Source: Octopus vulgaris (taxonomy: Eukaryota). Taken from it: a stretch of 62,000 nucleotides of DNA. Positions within the stretch are counted from its first letter, which is position 1. The number at the start of each line of letters is the position of its first letter. Location of the stretch: assembly GCA_951406725.2 (NCBI GenBank), contig OX597822.1, forward strand, positions 43,482,001 through 43,544,000, in the 5' to 3' direction. This document shows positions 1 to 13,831 of the stretch, piece by piece. The position numbers and the translations under genes were made by a program. The notes beneath the pieces are model-generated. The model saw only the letters and a list, made by a program, of their open reading frames with translations. It did no database searches and was not told where the DNA came from.

Positions 1-53
1 AATCACCCTGTATATTAGAACACACTCGTCTATATCATTATCTTTATGATCAA

Positions 54-265
54 GGCGGCGAGGTGGCAGAATAGTTAAAACGCTGGACGAAATATAAGCG
101 GTATTCGCCCTTCGCTACGTTCTGTGTTTAAATTCCGCCGAGGTCGACTTTACCTTTCATCCTTTCGGGGTCGATAAATTAAGTACTAGCAAAATAGTGG
201 GGTCAAAAAAATCGACTTATTCCCTGCCTCAAAAATAGCTGCCCTTGTGGAAAAATTTGAAACCA
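54..265 (+). mobile_element. tRNA-derived SINE, family B (MetaSINE-like central domain)
   Basis: tRNA-like head (A-box-like TGGCAGAATAG, B-box-like GTTTAAATTCC) followed by GAGGTCGACTTTACCTTTCATCCTTTCGGGGTCGATAAATTAAGTAC, which resembles the Meta domain. Related copies at 16480-16640(-), 21440-21535(-), 40750-41105(+). Confidence 0.75.
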
Positions 266-810
266 TTTTTATCTTTATAATATATATACGGGTATGTTGA
301 ATGCATCAGCATAACATTATTATGAAATACTGTGAAAGAAAAACAGATGCATCTAGATGTGAAAATATGATGCCTCCCCCCATCGAATCTGATTTCATTG
401 TTATGAACGATCCATCAGTCGGGAAGCCAGAAGTCAAAATAATCAGAGCAATATCTAGTCACCATTGTGAAGCTTAGAAGACAGTTCGGTGATGAATTTT
501 GATTGAGATTATAATATAATCGAAAGTTTATGAAATGGATGTAAGACTGGGCTGCTGTATGAAAGGTAACTACCCTGTCCTTTTATGCTTGCAATTCGAA
601 GTATGACACAGAATCTAGTTGTGTAAAAATTCACATAAGTGTTAAATATCAATATTGCATAAAACTGATGTTACTGTCCATGCGTTAGATATTGCAGAAA
701 CCAATGCATTTATATAATGAACACACGCACATATGTCTGTATCCATATATATGTGCATGTATGTATTTATCCAAATATGTATCTATATACGTATATATAT
801 ATATACACAC

Positions 811-851
<41 letters not shown>

Positions 852-981
852 TATAAAATGCATACATAAACATACATACATACACATACATAAATATATA
901 TATGAATATATATGTATATCCATGTTTGTATATATGTGTATATATACATATATGAATGTACACACATACACACATATATAT

Positions 982-1882
<901 letters not shown>

Positions 1883-2572
1883 CACACACACATATGTTCT
1901 TACGTTCATAAGTAGATATATACATTTATCTATGTATGTATGAAGGTATCTATCTATCCATTTATCGACCTATTTGTATACGTATATATATATATATATA
2001 TATGCATACACGCACAAACATATTCCTTCTCATATTATTGTCATCGTAGACGTTTGAAATCATAATTTAGAAACTTATATATATATATATATATTCTAAC
2101 AATGTATCAATCTGAAAAACAACGGGTAATTTAGTGTTAACATACTTTAATATTTTAATATTTTAATGCACGGACTATTACACATCTAAGCAGGAATTAA
2201 AATCTGTGGCGAGAAAATTGAAAATAGCAAAAAAATAAATAAAAATGCAACGAATTTGATCTAATACTAATATACTATATTTTCATTTCATTTCCGGTGA
2301 GTGAATATTTATGTTATCATTGAAAAGAGGAATTTTATGAAATTGAACAAATAAACATAAATATAGAACAATTCAAATGCTATTTATCGTTTGTGTTTTT
2401 CTTTTATTTTTTTTTCTTGTTTCTGTTAGTTTTTTGTTTTTCTTTAATTTATTTTTGTAATCAAAAGTTTGATCTAGTTGTTTGCACAATTTATTCTGCA
2501 GATAGATTATATATAGATTTCTGTTTAATTATTTATGCATTTCAGTATATTTTTATGTGTTAATTATAAATA

Positions 2573-2734
2573 GGCGCAGGCATGGCCGTGTGGTAAGTAT
2601 GTTGTTTCGTGACCACATCGTTCCGGGTTTACTCCCACTACGTGACACCTTGGGTAAACGTCTTCTAATATAGCCTCGGGCCGACAAAAGCCTTGTGAGT
2701 GAATTTGGTAGACGTAAACTGAAAAAAACCCGTC

Positions 2735-2780
<46 letters not shown>

Positions 2781-2980
2781 CATTTTCATATATCCATGTG
2801 TGTATGAGTCTGTGTTTGTTACCCCTCCTTTGCCTGACAACCGATGCTGGTCTGCTTACCTCCCCGTAACTTAGCAGTTCAGCAAAAGTGACCGAATGAG
2901 AACTAGGCTTACAAAGAATACGTCCTGGGGTAGATTTCTTCGATTAAAAACCCGAAACAAGTAAAAGAATATAAGAATAT
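2573..2980 (+). mobile_element. tRNA-derived bipartite SINE, family A (CORE-like GGCACCTTGGGCAAGTG motif, internal (TA)n(TG)n)
   Basis: A/B-box head, conserved body ending AAGCCCGTCG, internal microsatellite, 3' half GACAACCGATGCTGG...GAAACAAGTAAAAGA. Many homologous copies in the window. Confidence 0.8.
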
Positions 2981-3270
2981 AGGTAAACATGTACACATAC
3001 GCCCAGAAGCTTTTTCCATTTGACAGTCGTATCGTTAATCAAATATATTCAATGAGAATACAATATACTGAATTTCTGATAAGTGTACTTGGTAGGGAAA
3101 TGTCTGAGACATTTAAGCTATGCATCCATTTAATAAGACCGATTATATATTATATTATAAAATAAGAGTAGGAAAATTACATCCATATACGTCCAAAATA
3201 TTATTGTATGACTAGATATATACAGGATAATTAAATCTGAGAATGAGATTGAAACAGTAATCGCCCGATA

Positions 3271-3675
3271 ATGTAAAGTATAGAAGCCATCTTATCATGG
3301 CTAACCACATTGGGGAGGGGGTGTTACTGTAGCTTTATAGCCCCAAGAGATCTTCGTCTCTAGCTGGCTCTAGACACAATATCTGTGTCCTTGGAGTATT
3401 TGCAAAGGGAGGCCATCCCTTCCTCGCAAGCCTGAGTGATACGCTCGAACTAGTTTCGGGACTTTTGTTGACGAGGGACAAAAATCCCGAAACTAGTTCG
3501 AGCGTATCACTCAGGCTTGCGAGGAAGGGATGACCTCCCTTTGCAAATACTCCAAGGACACAGATATTGTGTCTAGAGCCAGCTAGAGACGAAGATCTCT
3601 TGGGGCTATAAAGCTACAGTAACACCCCCTCCCCAATGTGGTTAGCCATGATAAGATGGCTTCTACACTTTACAT
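3271..3675. repeat. Near-perfect fold-back (198-bp arms, 9-bp spacer) centred on a truncated hammerhead core
   Basis: 3271-3468 is the reverse complement of 3478-3675 with 3 transitions. The centre reads TGACGA-GGGA caaaaa TCCC-GAAA-CTAGT. Confidence 0.9.
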
Positions 3676-3830
3676 AGATATATACAGTTCTATATTTAAG
3701 AGATGAGGAATTATGTACGTTATTCATATTATTTACATTTTGACGGATTTTGTCCTCATCTTGTTTGTTGTTAGCAAAAAGATTCGGCTGATATACCCTC
3801 CAGCCTTCACCAGGTGTATATAGGGGATTT
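3676..3830 (-). mobile_element. Penelope-like element terminus with decayed hammerhead
   Basis: Minus strand reads CTGGTGA-A-GGCTG gagggtatat CAGCC-GAATC, a mutated CTGATGA...GAAAC core. Confidence 0.6.
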
Positions 3831-4155
3831 GGTGAAGCTTCGTTTTTGATGGGTTTTCAAATGAGATTTGAGCCCAGCAAAAGAATGGCGTGATCTGTCA
3901 CAGACTGTGCACACAAAATGTTCACTGAGATTCACCTTCTCGATCGCAACATTCTTCTTTAAATCTTCTTTGTGTCTTGCTTGTATCATCCTGGCCTCCT
4001 CAAATACTTTCTCTCCACTTCACATTTTTCTTCGCCATCCAACTCGACCCAAAGCAAGGGTTTCTATGGCATTTGAATCAATTCCAAGTGACTTCATAGT
4101 AGTCCTTTTGCCATCCTTAAATATCTTTTTAGGTTTGCACCGATTGCGTTTATAC
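3830..4155 (-). mobile_element. RTE-like LINE ORF C-terminal fragment with C2H2 zinc finger
   Basis: KRNRCKPKKIFKD...MKSLGIDSNAIETLALGRVGWRRKM*...CTVCDRSRHSFAGLKSHLKTH matches the RTE-type ORF end (GKR.RG.PK.R+KD, R..WR, terminal CxxC..H..H). Confidence 0.7.
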
Positions 4156-4867
4156 ATACATAATACATACATACATACATATATACATACATACATACAG
4201 CCATCACTGGAACTGTAAAAATCGGTAAGACCTTCCAGAAGTTTATCATTTATGTATATATGGACATGTTTAGAATGAAGTATACGCATGAGAATACATA
4301 CATAAAACAAAACATGAAAATTTACACATACATATACATACATACATACATGCATGCATACATACATACATACATACATACAAATATACCCTGTTGAAAT
4401 TGAAATTCCAACGAAAGAGTTTTGGATCTAGGTTATCATTCTCTACTGTCAAGAAATCTTGAAATAAAACTAAATAATGTCATATATACTTATAAGTATA
4501 TAAAATTGTGAACCAGGGAAATGAGGGCAGGAAATGAGTGACAGGTATAATAAAATGCGAACAGTGTACTATAAGAAAGAATAACAGTTTATTGTAATCG
4601 ATAGTTATACACTTTTCCTCATCGAAGTTGCGAGGAAATTCGATAAGCTCATAGTTTATATATAGGTGACATCTGGCTACTGGAGCCACTATACATGATA
4701 ATAAAAATCCAAGTTTAGAGCGTGGAACAGGTAACATGCAAGCTAGCTCAACACTTTACGTATTAATTATGCAATAAGCAATGTTTAAATTAGCTAATCA
4801 TCAGGCTGATTTACCTCAATGAAATGAAGTTTACATTGTCGCTCGGAATTTCTAAGTCAACTCCACC

Positions 4868-4992
4868 GCTGTGGTGCGTTGAGTGATTAGACTTCGGCTA
4901 TGCTGGGACACTGTTCTGAAGAGTTTAGCCTAAAAAAATCGACTATTTATATTTTGTTTCAAACCTAGCACTTGTAAAGCAGTGGTGGATAA

Positions 4993-5082
<90 letters not shown>

Positions 5083-5093
5083 ACACCCACACA

Positions 5094-5129
<36 letters not shown>

Positions 5130-5290
5130 CGCTTCTTTCAGTTTCTGGCCACCAAAATCATTCAAAAGGCATTCAATCTGTCCAGGGTTATAGTAGAAGA
5201 CACATGCCCAAATTGTCGCACAGTGGAATTGAACTCAAAGCAAATATGGTTGGAAAGCAGTAAAGCATGGTTGCACCTATACAGCCCCAT
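4868..5290 (-). mobile_element. Degenerate SINE family A copy with internal (CA)n
   Basis: Reverse-complement similarity to 2573-2980 on both sides of the (CA)n tract. Confidence 0.6.
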
Positions 5291-5333
5291 CTACATTACA
5301 TATTCCCCTATATTTATTTGCATATATAATAAT

Positions 5334-5404
<71 letters not shown>

Positions 5405-5415
5405 TAGTAATAATG

Positions 5416-5448
<33 letters not shown>

Positions 5449-5923
5449 GTCTTGGTATAAAAGATGGGCTACAGCAAATATTCTGCTCAATACCACAGAT
5501 TTGCTTGTCAGTTGTTTGACCTTAACCAGTTTAGCATGGCCCTCAGTGGCTGACGATATGTGCATCTCTGATCACGAACAGAAGTAGTGGGGGAGCATCA
5601 TAGCCATGTGTTGAGAGGGATTCTTTGGGGTTTGAATAATTCACCTCTGGAAACATGGGTGATTCTTTCAACATCCTTAAACAACCCTTATTCAGGGACC
5701 GTTTGAGCGGGATGGGCTACTCAACCTGAAGAAAATTCTAACTGGGCCCCACCTGCAAGGTCATGTGTTGTTTATCTTGATATGAGATCACCATGTCACG
5801 CACATATGGTTGTGATTCATGTGCCTGGTGTACCTTCATCAGACGGGTAGTCATGATGGGTATATTGGGCTTCGTATATTTTACCCCAGTGTCACTTTGA
5901 TGGCATGAACTGCTCTCTCACTC

Positions 5924-5925
<2 letters not shown>
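5449..5925 (+). mobile_element. Interspersed repeat with (AAT)n tail (LINE 3' UTR or SINE), family D
   Basis: Flanked by (AAT)n on both sides. A diverged homolog lies on the minus strand at 40327-40740. Confidence 0.7.
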
Positions 5926-5959
<34 letters not shown>

Positions 5960-5966
5960 TATAATT

Positions 5967-5997
<31 letters not shown>

Positions 5998-6267
5998 TAA
6001 TAATAACAATAACAATAATAATAATGATAATAATAATAACAATAATAATAACTATAATAATAATAATAACAACAACAACAACAACAACAACAATAATAAT
6101 AATAATAACAATAATAATAATAATAATGATAATAATAATAATAATAATAATAGGGAGTATAACTCCAAACTTACAAATTAATATATGATTTTAATCGTTT
6201 GAATTACATAATAGTGGTTTTTCTCTAATTTTTATATATTATATATACATATATATATGTATGAATG

Positions 6268-6320
<53 letters not shown>

Positions 6321-6321
6321 A

Positions 6322-6369
<48 letters not shown>

Positions 6370-6731
6370 CGGAGCAATGAGTGACTGATGACGATTAATC
6401 AAATCTGAAATCATCGATAATATGACTCTATCTCTTCTCTTCCTTGTCAGTCGTTAGAAAAGCGCTCTCATGCGGCTAAGAGTTGTTTTGACTCTGATTT
6501 CTAGCAATACTGGTGCTGCTTAGCACTCTTGATCGCTTTAGTGACGACTGTTATTTTGCTTTTCAGTTATATACATGCATATATATATATATATATATAT
6601 ATGTATACACACATACATACTGTTGTAGGTATAACATATTCTTTGTCTATCTCCTTAACTTCTTGGAGATTTTAGGTATAATTATACTAATGTGTCCATC
6701 TGTTCTAATTTAATTAAATTCTATGTCTATG

Positions 6732-6818
6732 TGCAGCTGAAGATTGCTCTACATTTTAAATTGGTGCAATGATTTCATTGTTCAATTAAATGGAGTTGCA
6801 TGAAACGATCTTACTGCA
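6732..6818 (+). ncRNA. Minimal type I hammerhead-like motif with long helix II (Penelope-type, decayed)
   Basis: TGCAG-CTGAAGA-[58-nt imperfect hairpin]-GAAA-CGATCT-TA-CTGCA. Helix I TGCAG/CTGCA pairs; the helix III palindrome carries one mutation relative to ACGATCGT. Confidence 0.6.
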
Positions 6819-7011
6819 ATAACTCTCGATATCCTTGTTGCTTATTTTGATTTTAATCACCTTATTTTGAATTTGTATGGATAATACTGTACTAAATTCT
6901 GGAGCTTCAACTTAAGTACCATATTCATATGAATCTAAATTTTTGCTGAACTAATCTCCATAGATAGATAGATAGATAGATTGATATATTCATATATATA
7001 TGCATACATAC

Positions 7012-7061
<50 letters not shown>

Positions 7062-8852
7062 GGGTACTTATATAGATGTATGTATATATGTAAATAACGT
7101 TTTACGTAATAATTCCCAGTTGAGAGATCACAACTGTTGACAAAACTTATTATGCACAGATACTGACTTACACATACTCATACACATACATACATACACA
7201 CACACGAACACACACTTGCATAAATGCATAATAACACACACTGTCATACACAATTACACAGGCACACAGAGACATAAACACACGTAAGAGGATAAGTGTG
7301 AGCTTCATTTAATTACTTAAATTAAACGCATTAATGAAGCACGGAAGCCATCGCAGATTTAAAAGAAAAATATCTCAATACTCCATTCACAAAGTGTAAT
7401 AAAATTGATAAACTAAATAAATCAACTTCTCTTTTAAATGTCTTTTTGCTACTAAATCTTTCGGTTGCCTTTCTGGATTGAAAGATATTATTAATGGCTG
7501 GTACATCCGTGAAAATGTTTTGTATCGTTAACTTTGGTAATGTTTTAAAAAGCTGACTTTAATGTTTAACCTCCTCCATAATTCTCTCTCATAATTTGTT
7601 ACGTTGAAATATATATTATCCTATAAATTTTGTCAATGGTCTTAAACATGAAATTAGCAGATTCCATACGACACATTTGGTGATAATATTTTATCCTGCA
7701 CCCCAGTAGCGCTAAAACAATTTCATTGTTGTTGAAATTAGAGTGATCTGGGAAAGACTCAGTATTTGTCACTAGCAAAAGCATACCATGTATAAGGACT
7801 TGCCTGATGAAGCAAGCGACCCCGTTCTCTATGGAAGGGGAGTGCTGCGGCTTTCCAGCTAGACTGGTGCGCAGTCTGTTGCAGAATTTTGACCTGGTGC
7901 CTTGAAAACTCGAAGAAAGCCACTAAAGAGGTAAGCATGGCAGTTGAAACCAGCTGAAGGTGACTATGGTTGACAAAAAAACTGCAGTTCAAACCCTTCC
8001 ACTGGCGAAGACTAATTCAGTTTGCTCTGCCCCACTCAGACGAAATATACAGGTTAAGGGGCGAAATGTTTGTGAAACCTGAGAAACCTACTGATGACAG
8101 GGAAGAAGTTCAAACGTTACGATGGATTCAGAAGAAGAGCTTGCAATACTTTCCAACAGCTCAGGCAGTTGAGAAGTATCATGCATGGGGTAAAGTAATG
8201 CATAACCGATTTCTCGTTCACCTTTCATGAATTCTCTTAATACAATCTCACAGAAACCTAGAATCGATTCCATACGCCCCATATCGTGTTCATACGTAAT
8301 TTTGTGCAAAATTAAATCATACCTTGCAGCAGAATCATTGCATATTTGCATTATCCAGTAGCTGATAAAATATATGAGAATGAGTTTGGTCGAGATAAGT
8401 AAAGATTAAAGTGTGGTGGTTTATCTTTTGATTCTCTCCATTATATTTTCCGCCATACACGATTTCACATGATTTTGTATATTCATATATACACCCATAT
8501 AATTATTAACCATTGTCAGGATGTTTCATATATACGCAATGTCTAGGGGAACATATATGCTATCTATGTGGCAATAATATTTCATTAGACTTGTACGAAA
8601 CAGTGGCTGAAATTAGAAAACTTCACATGCTTTTACATTTACTAAATGATTTTATTTCATGCATGTATATAGAATTCATTATTTTGTTTTCCCTGTTCTA
8701 CTCATCGAGCTGGATCTTTATTCACCATAATATCCGCATGACCAGTTCTACAAATTATTGCTCTTCGTTTATTATTTTCAAATACTTATTAATCTGTTTT
8801 ACAGTAACACGTATTTGTTTTTTTAACATAGTTAGTAATTTTTACTGTGTAA

Positions 8853-9249
8853 TCTTTATATATAAAAGTGAAGTTGTGTGTCTGTCTCCTACGATTTGGA
8901 TTCCTAACTACTCCCACATTTTGCGGTGCAGTTTAACCAAAACCGGGTATCTCATAGTCGTGATTCATATCGGGCCCTTCTGGGTATTAGCGCGCGTCTA
9001 CAATGAGTCTACGATTAAAAAAAAATTACCATCATTTTTTTTCCATTTTAATGCATTTTTTCGCTATTATATAAGGGAGGTAACTCTCTAAAAATGTCTA
9101 CGATGAGTCAACGATTAAAAGAAAAATTACCATAATTTTTCTTCCCATTTTTAATGCATTTGTTTGCTATTTTTTGGCTATAACTCTCTAAAAATGCTTA
9201 TATAGTTATTTCCCTTACAAACCCGAGCAACGCCGGGCGATACTGCTAG
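8853..9249 (+). mobile_element. Non-autonomous Helitron
   Basis: 5' TC(TTTATATATAAAA), 3' hairpin CCCGAGCAACGCCGGG, terminal CTAG. Homologs at 51995-53042. Confidence 0.8.
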
Positions 9250-9497
9250 CATATATTACAACAATATACTGAAATATATGTATATACATACCTACGTACA
9301 CACGAGCATGTATTTGTGTCTCGGTCTATGTATGTGTGCGTGTATATGTACCATGGGATATATATATGTGTGTACGGTGTGTGTAAGTATCGTATACACA
9401 TAGAATATATTTAGGGACATGTAAATGTACACACACATAACGTACACACACATATGTATAAATATCCTCGAATCCACCTGGCAAGCATTAAGAAGAT

Positions 9498-9534
<37 letters not shown>

Positions 9535-9599
9535 AAAAAGAAGTTTGAAAACACGACTATATAAGATAAATTTTAATTTTCTTAGAAATTTTACATGTT

Positions 9600-9815
9600 G
9601 CCGACTTTCTTAGAAATGGCAGTCTTTCTTCGTTATAATCTATCTTGAATTGAATATTTTCATTAATTCCATTTAGTAGTATTTTAAATTCCTCAGGTTT
9701 TTCTATACTTTCATCCCAGAGGATGAAGCAGTCGTCGAGATATATTTTCCAGTTGTTCTGGATATAGGCGGAGAAATTGTTTTCATATTTTCGAGTGTTT
9801 TCTGTTAGAGTATTA
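9600..9815 (-). mobile_element. Penelope-like RT fragment
   Basis: Minus-strand translation ...YIQNNWKIYLDDCFILWDESIEKPEEFKILLNGINENIQFKIDYNEERLPFL (YLDD catalytic motif and F....LPFL). Confidence 0.75.
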
Positions 9816-10639
9816 TTTCGAGGTATCCAATTACTAGGTTGGCAAAAGAAGGCACAGTACGCGTACCCATCGCTGTTCCCGATCTTTATCTATAATAATC
9901 ATTATTAAAAATAAAGTAATTGTTGTCTAAAATAGAACTTAGTCCTTCTATTATGAGTTCTTTATTTATGCGAGTTGGATACACACACACACACATACAT
10001 ATATATATAGATAGATATAGATATAGATATGGATATATATATAATACAGACAGATAGATAGATAGATAGATAGTTAGATAACAGGCAGGAAGATAGACGA
10101 TTCTATGCATGTTTATAAATATATATCGGTGTTCGGCCAAGCATTAGCTTTCTTTCTTGGTTCGACTGCTGGCCACTAAGCATCTCTTATATTCCTCTCT
10201 CATGACTTTCATCTCTTATGTTCATCTCCTATGTTCCTGTCTAAAGGCTTTCACTCTACCCACGTAAACTCATCTTGATTCGTCTTTATTGGTCGAAAGA
10301 CACCTGATATCATTTTCCTGTTATTTTCGTTTTTTTTTGTTGTTTACATTTGCTGGCTTTCTCCCAAGATATTTAATGTTCTTACCTTAGATTTTTGGGT
10401 CCAGCCAGATTTGTACAATCTGATGTGTAACCAGCCAAATCTGTGAGCATGATCTGGATACTTAACTGAGGAGGAACGGCTGCGACTGAACGTCTTTGTT
10501 TTATTTCTGTCCGTCTTTTAAATCCATTTTCTGGATTTATACATATGTGTGTGCGTGTGTGTGAGTGTGCATGTGTGTATGTGTGTATGTGTGCATGTAC
10601 ATGTGTGTGTGCCTCTGTGTGTTTGTGGTGTGTGTGCGC

Positions 10640-10684
<45 letters not shown>

Positions 10685-10967
10685 TGTGTCTGTGTATGTA
10701 CATCGTACTTTTTCATTTTTCGTTTTGTTTTTGAACCTCCCAGCTTCTCCAAATGCTCCATTCTCAACTTTTCACTTTTCTTCTCTCATTCAATTTTTAG
10801 TTCGTTATATGTGGTTTTTTGCCTGATGAATATGTTTGAGGTATTTCTCAACATAGGAAACTGTTAGTAGCGCATAAATACATGTATTGTAACCATTGAA
10901 TAATATTTATCTCCCACTAATTAGAGTAGTTTTTGGTAATCCTATCATCACGGAACAGCACATTATA

Positions 10968-11003
<36 letters not shown>

Positions 11004-11078
11004 TGTATGTATGTATGTATGTATGTATAGATGCATATGTGTATGTGCATGTATATATGTATATGTATAGACAGCCAC

Positions 11079-11109
<31 letters not shown>

Positions 11110-11183
11110 AATATTAGGGAATAAATCCAAATTTACAGGGAAAAATTAGATTTAGGATTGAATCCAATTTTATAGTAAAATAT

Positions 11184-11577
11184 TATATTATATTAAATTA
11201 GAGACAAAACCACTATTATGCAAATTAAACAAAGAAAGACTTAAAACAATACATAAATTAATTTATATAAATTTAGAAATTTAACAATTATAAATAACCA
11301 CTACGATTGTTTCATGTCTTATTTCAGCACATCTTTGAGACATTCTTCAGGTGGTTTCAAAACCTTCTTGGTTCATAGTTTAAAACTCGCCAAGAAGGTT
11401 TTGAAACCACCTGAAGAATGTCTCAAAGATGTGCTGAAATAAGACATGAAACGATCGTAGTGGTTATTTATAATTGTTAATTTTCTAAATTTATATAAAT
11501 TAATTTATGTATTGTTTTAAGTCTTTCTTTGTTTGATTTGCATAATAGTGGTTTTGTCTCTAATTTAATATAATATA
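11184..11577. repeat. Fold-back (188-bp arms, 18-bp spacer), each arm containing a minimal hammerhead
   Basis: 11184-11371 is the reverse complement of 11390-11577 with 3 mismatches. Confidence 0.9.
11405..11465 (+). ncRNA. Intact minimal type I hammerhead ribozyme (Penelope-type)
   Basis: AACCAC-CTGAAGA-ATGTCT...AGACAT-GAAA-CGATCG-TA^GTGGTT. Helix I AACCAC/GTGGTT; helix III is the palindrome ACGATCGT; predicted cleavage after 11459. Confidence 0.8.
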
Positions 11578-12049
11578 TATATATATATATAATATCAAAG
11601 GGTATTCTGAAATATTAGAAATTTCCATTACCCGTGGCCTAGCGTGTAAAAATTTAGTCAATAGATTATATATTATTCATATAAATAGAGTTTAAAGTGG
11701 TTTGGAATTTAGCTGTTCTCTCTAGCGTGCAGGTTGTCTTATGGGGGATACTTCTTATGTCTTTAAATGTACACACACGCACGCACAGATATGTGTGTGT
11801 GTGTGTGTGTGTGCATATATTTATGTGCGTATGTCTACGTTTGTCCCCCACCGTTGCTTGACAATGGATGTTAGTGTGTTTCCGTCTCCGCAACGTAGCG
11901 GCTCAGCAAAAGACACCGATAGAATTAGTACAAGGCTTACAAAGAACAAGTCCTGGCGTTGATTTCTTCGACTAAAACCGTTTAAGTCGGTGCTGCAGGA
12001 TGGTAACAGACACATATCTGAATCATGTAAAAGAATATACATGTATATG

Positions 12050-12417
12050 TGTGGAGGTGCAATAGCCATTGGTTAGGGCAGAGGACACGCGGTTTCGATT
12101 CCCAGTCCGGGCGTTGTGGGTGTTTATGAAGCGAAAATACCTGAAACTCCACGAGGCTCCGGCAGGGGGTGGGGTGGCAAACCTTGCTGTACTCTTTCAC
12201 CACAATTTCCTCTCACTCTTTCTTCCTGTTTCTGTTGTACCTGTATTTCAGAGGGCCAGCCTTGTCACACTCTGTGTCACGCTGAATCTCCCCGAGAACT
12301 ACGTTAAGGGTACACGTGTCTGTGGAGTGCTCACCATGTTAATTTCACGAGCAGGCTCTTCCGCTGATTGGATCAACTGGAACCCTCGTCGTCGTAACCG
12401 ACGGAGTGTTACGATCT
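12050..12417 (+). mobile_element. tRNA-derived SINE, family C
   Basis: tRNA-like head (GCAATAGCCATTGG...GGTTTCGATTCCC), body and 3' end GGATCAACTGGAACCCTCGTCGTCGTAACCGACGG. Homolog on the minus strand at 26880-27210. Confidence 0.75.
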
Positions 12418-12424
12418 GATATGT

Positions 12425-12508
<84 letters not shown>

Positions 12509-12593
12509 CATACATACGTATATATATATACATATATATATATACATATATACATATACATATATGTGTATATATATATATATATATATACAT

Positions 12594-12631
<38 letters not shown>

Positions 12632-13107
12632 GCATACATGCTTCCATATTTACGCACACACATGGAAACATGTATCTTCTTTCCTGCCTGCTAGCCATCC
12701 ATCCATCCATCCATCCATTCATCCATCCATCCATCTCTCTCTCTATCTCTATCTTTCTCTCTTTCTCTTTATCTATCTATCTATCTGCATTACACACGGA
12801 TGTATATATGATTGTGTCTACGCACAGGTCGGCAATTGTTGTGAGGTCATCAATAATTCCTAAAACACATATCCAGCTGGCAAGCATTGAAAAAGATAAC
12901 AATACCTAAAGGTGAACAGCTTGCGATGTTTTCCAATATCAACCACAGCTTCGTATGAGACTAATGAAATACTAATGTCGCTCGAACAGAGTGTATTTTG
13001 CAGCGGACATTGTGTATATTACAAAAGCCTGACAATAACAAATAGTTTTATGTTCGTATTTATGAATATACAATGCATGCATATACACACACTTACTGAC
13101 ACACAGG

Positions 13108-13150
<43 letters not shown>

Positions 13151-13279
13151 GCACACACACGCGCGCACACACACATAACACACACACTTGTAGGTTCCTG
13201 CCACTTACATGAATACAACTAAGTCTATCGTTGGGCTTCCTATAGGGTTTGTAAATATTCTTTTTTAAAAAGTTTCTGC

Positions 13280-13620
13280 CACCCCACCCCCCATAATATT
13301 TAAGAATTCACTTAAGAATATTAGTAGGCGAATTTCTAGGCTCTCCTCCGATATAAACATATTTAATAATTTTGCCCCAAAGCTCTTAAATATTGTAGAT
13401 TTAAAGAGGAAATAACTTATGCACCTGTTATTGGTCGAGAAATAAAGAAAAGAAAACAGGCATAGGAAAATGATCTGGTTTACACCTCCTTACTCCCTCG
13501 AAGTGACCTTTAATACAGGTAAATATTTCTCGTCACTTGTTGATAGACACTTTCCAATACATCAAAATTCGATTTAGTTAAACCAGAAATTTAAAAAATT
13601 TAATTGCACATAACACAAAA
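13280..13620 (+). mobile_element. Decayed Penelope-like RT thumb/linker fragment
   Basis: PPTPIIFKNSLKNISRRISRLSSD...RHRKMIWFTPPYSLEVTFNTGKYFSSLVDRHFP resembles the PLE motif IIWFNPP+S..V.TN+GK.FL.L+DKHFP. Confidence 0.65.
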
Positions 13621-13715
13621 AAAAAACAACAACACGAAGCCGGCTGTACCTACTGGGATAAAGACTTATACTTGCTGAATAGAGTTTGTGTGACTGAGGC
13701 CATTATTTATGTATG

Positions 13716-13831
<116 letters not shown>

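Noticed and set aside
2573-2645. tRNA genes at SINE heads
   Set aside because: They have A/B boxes but no complete cloverleaf, and they continue into repeated SINE bodies.
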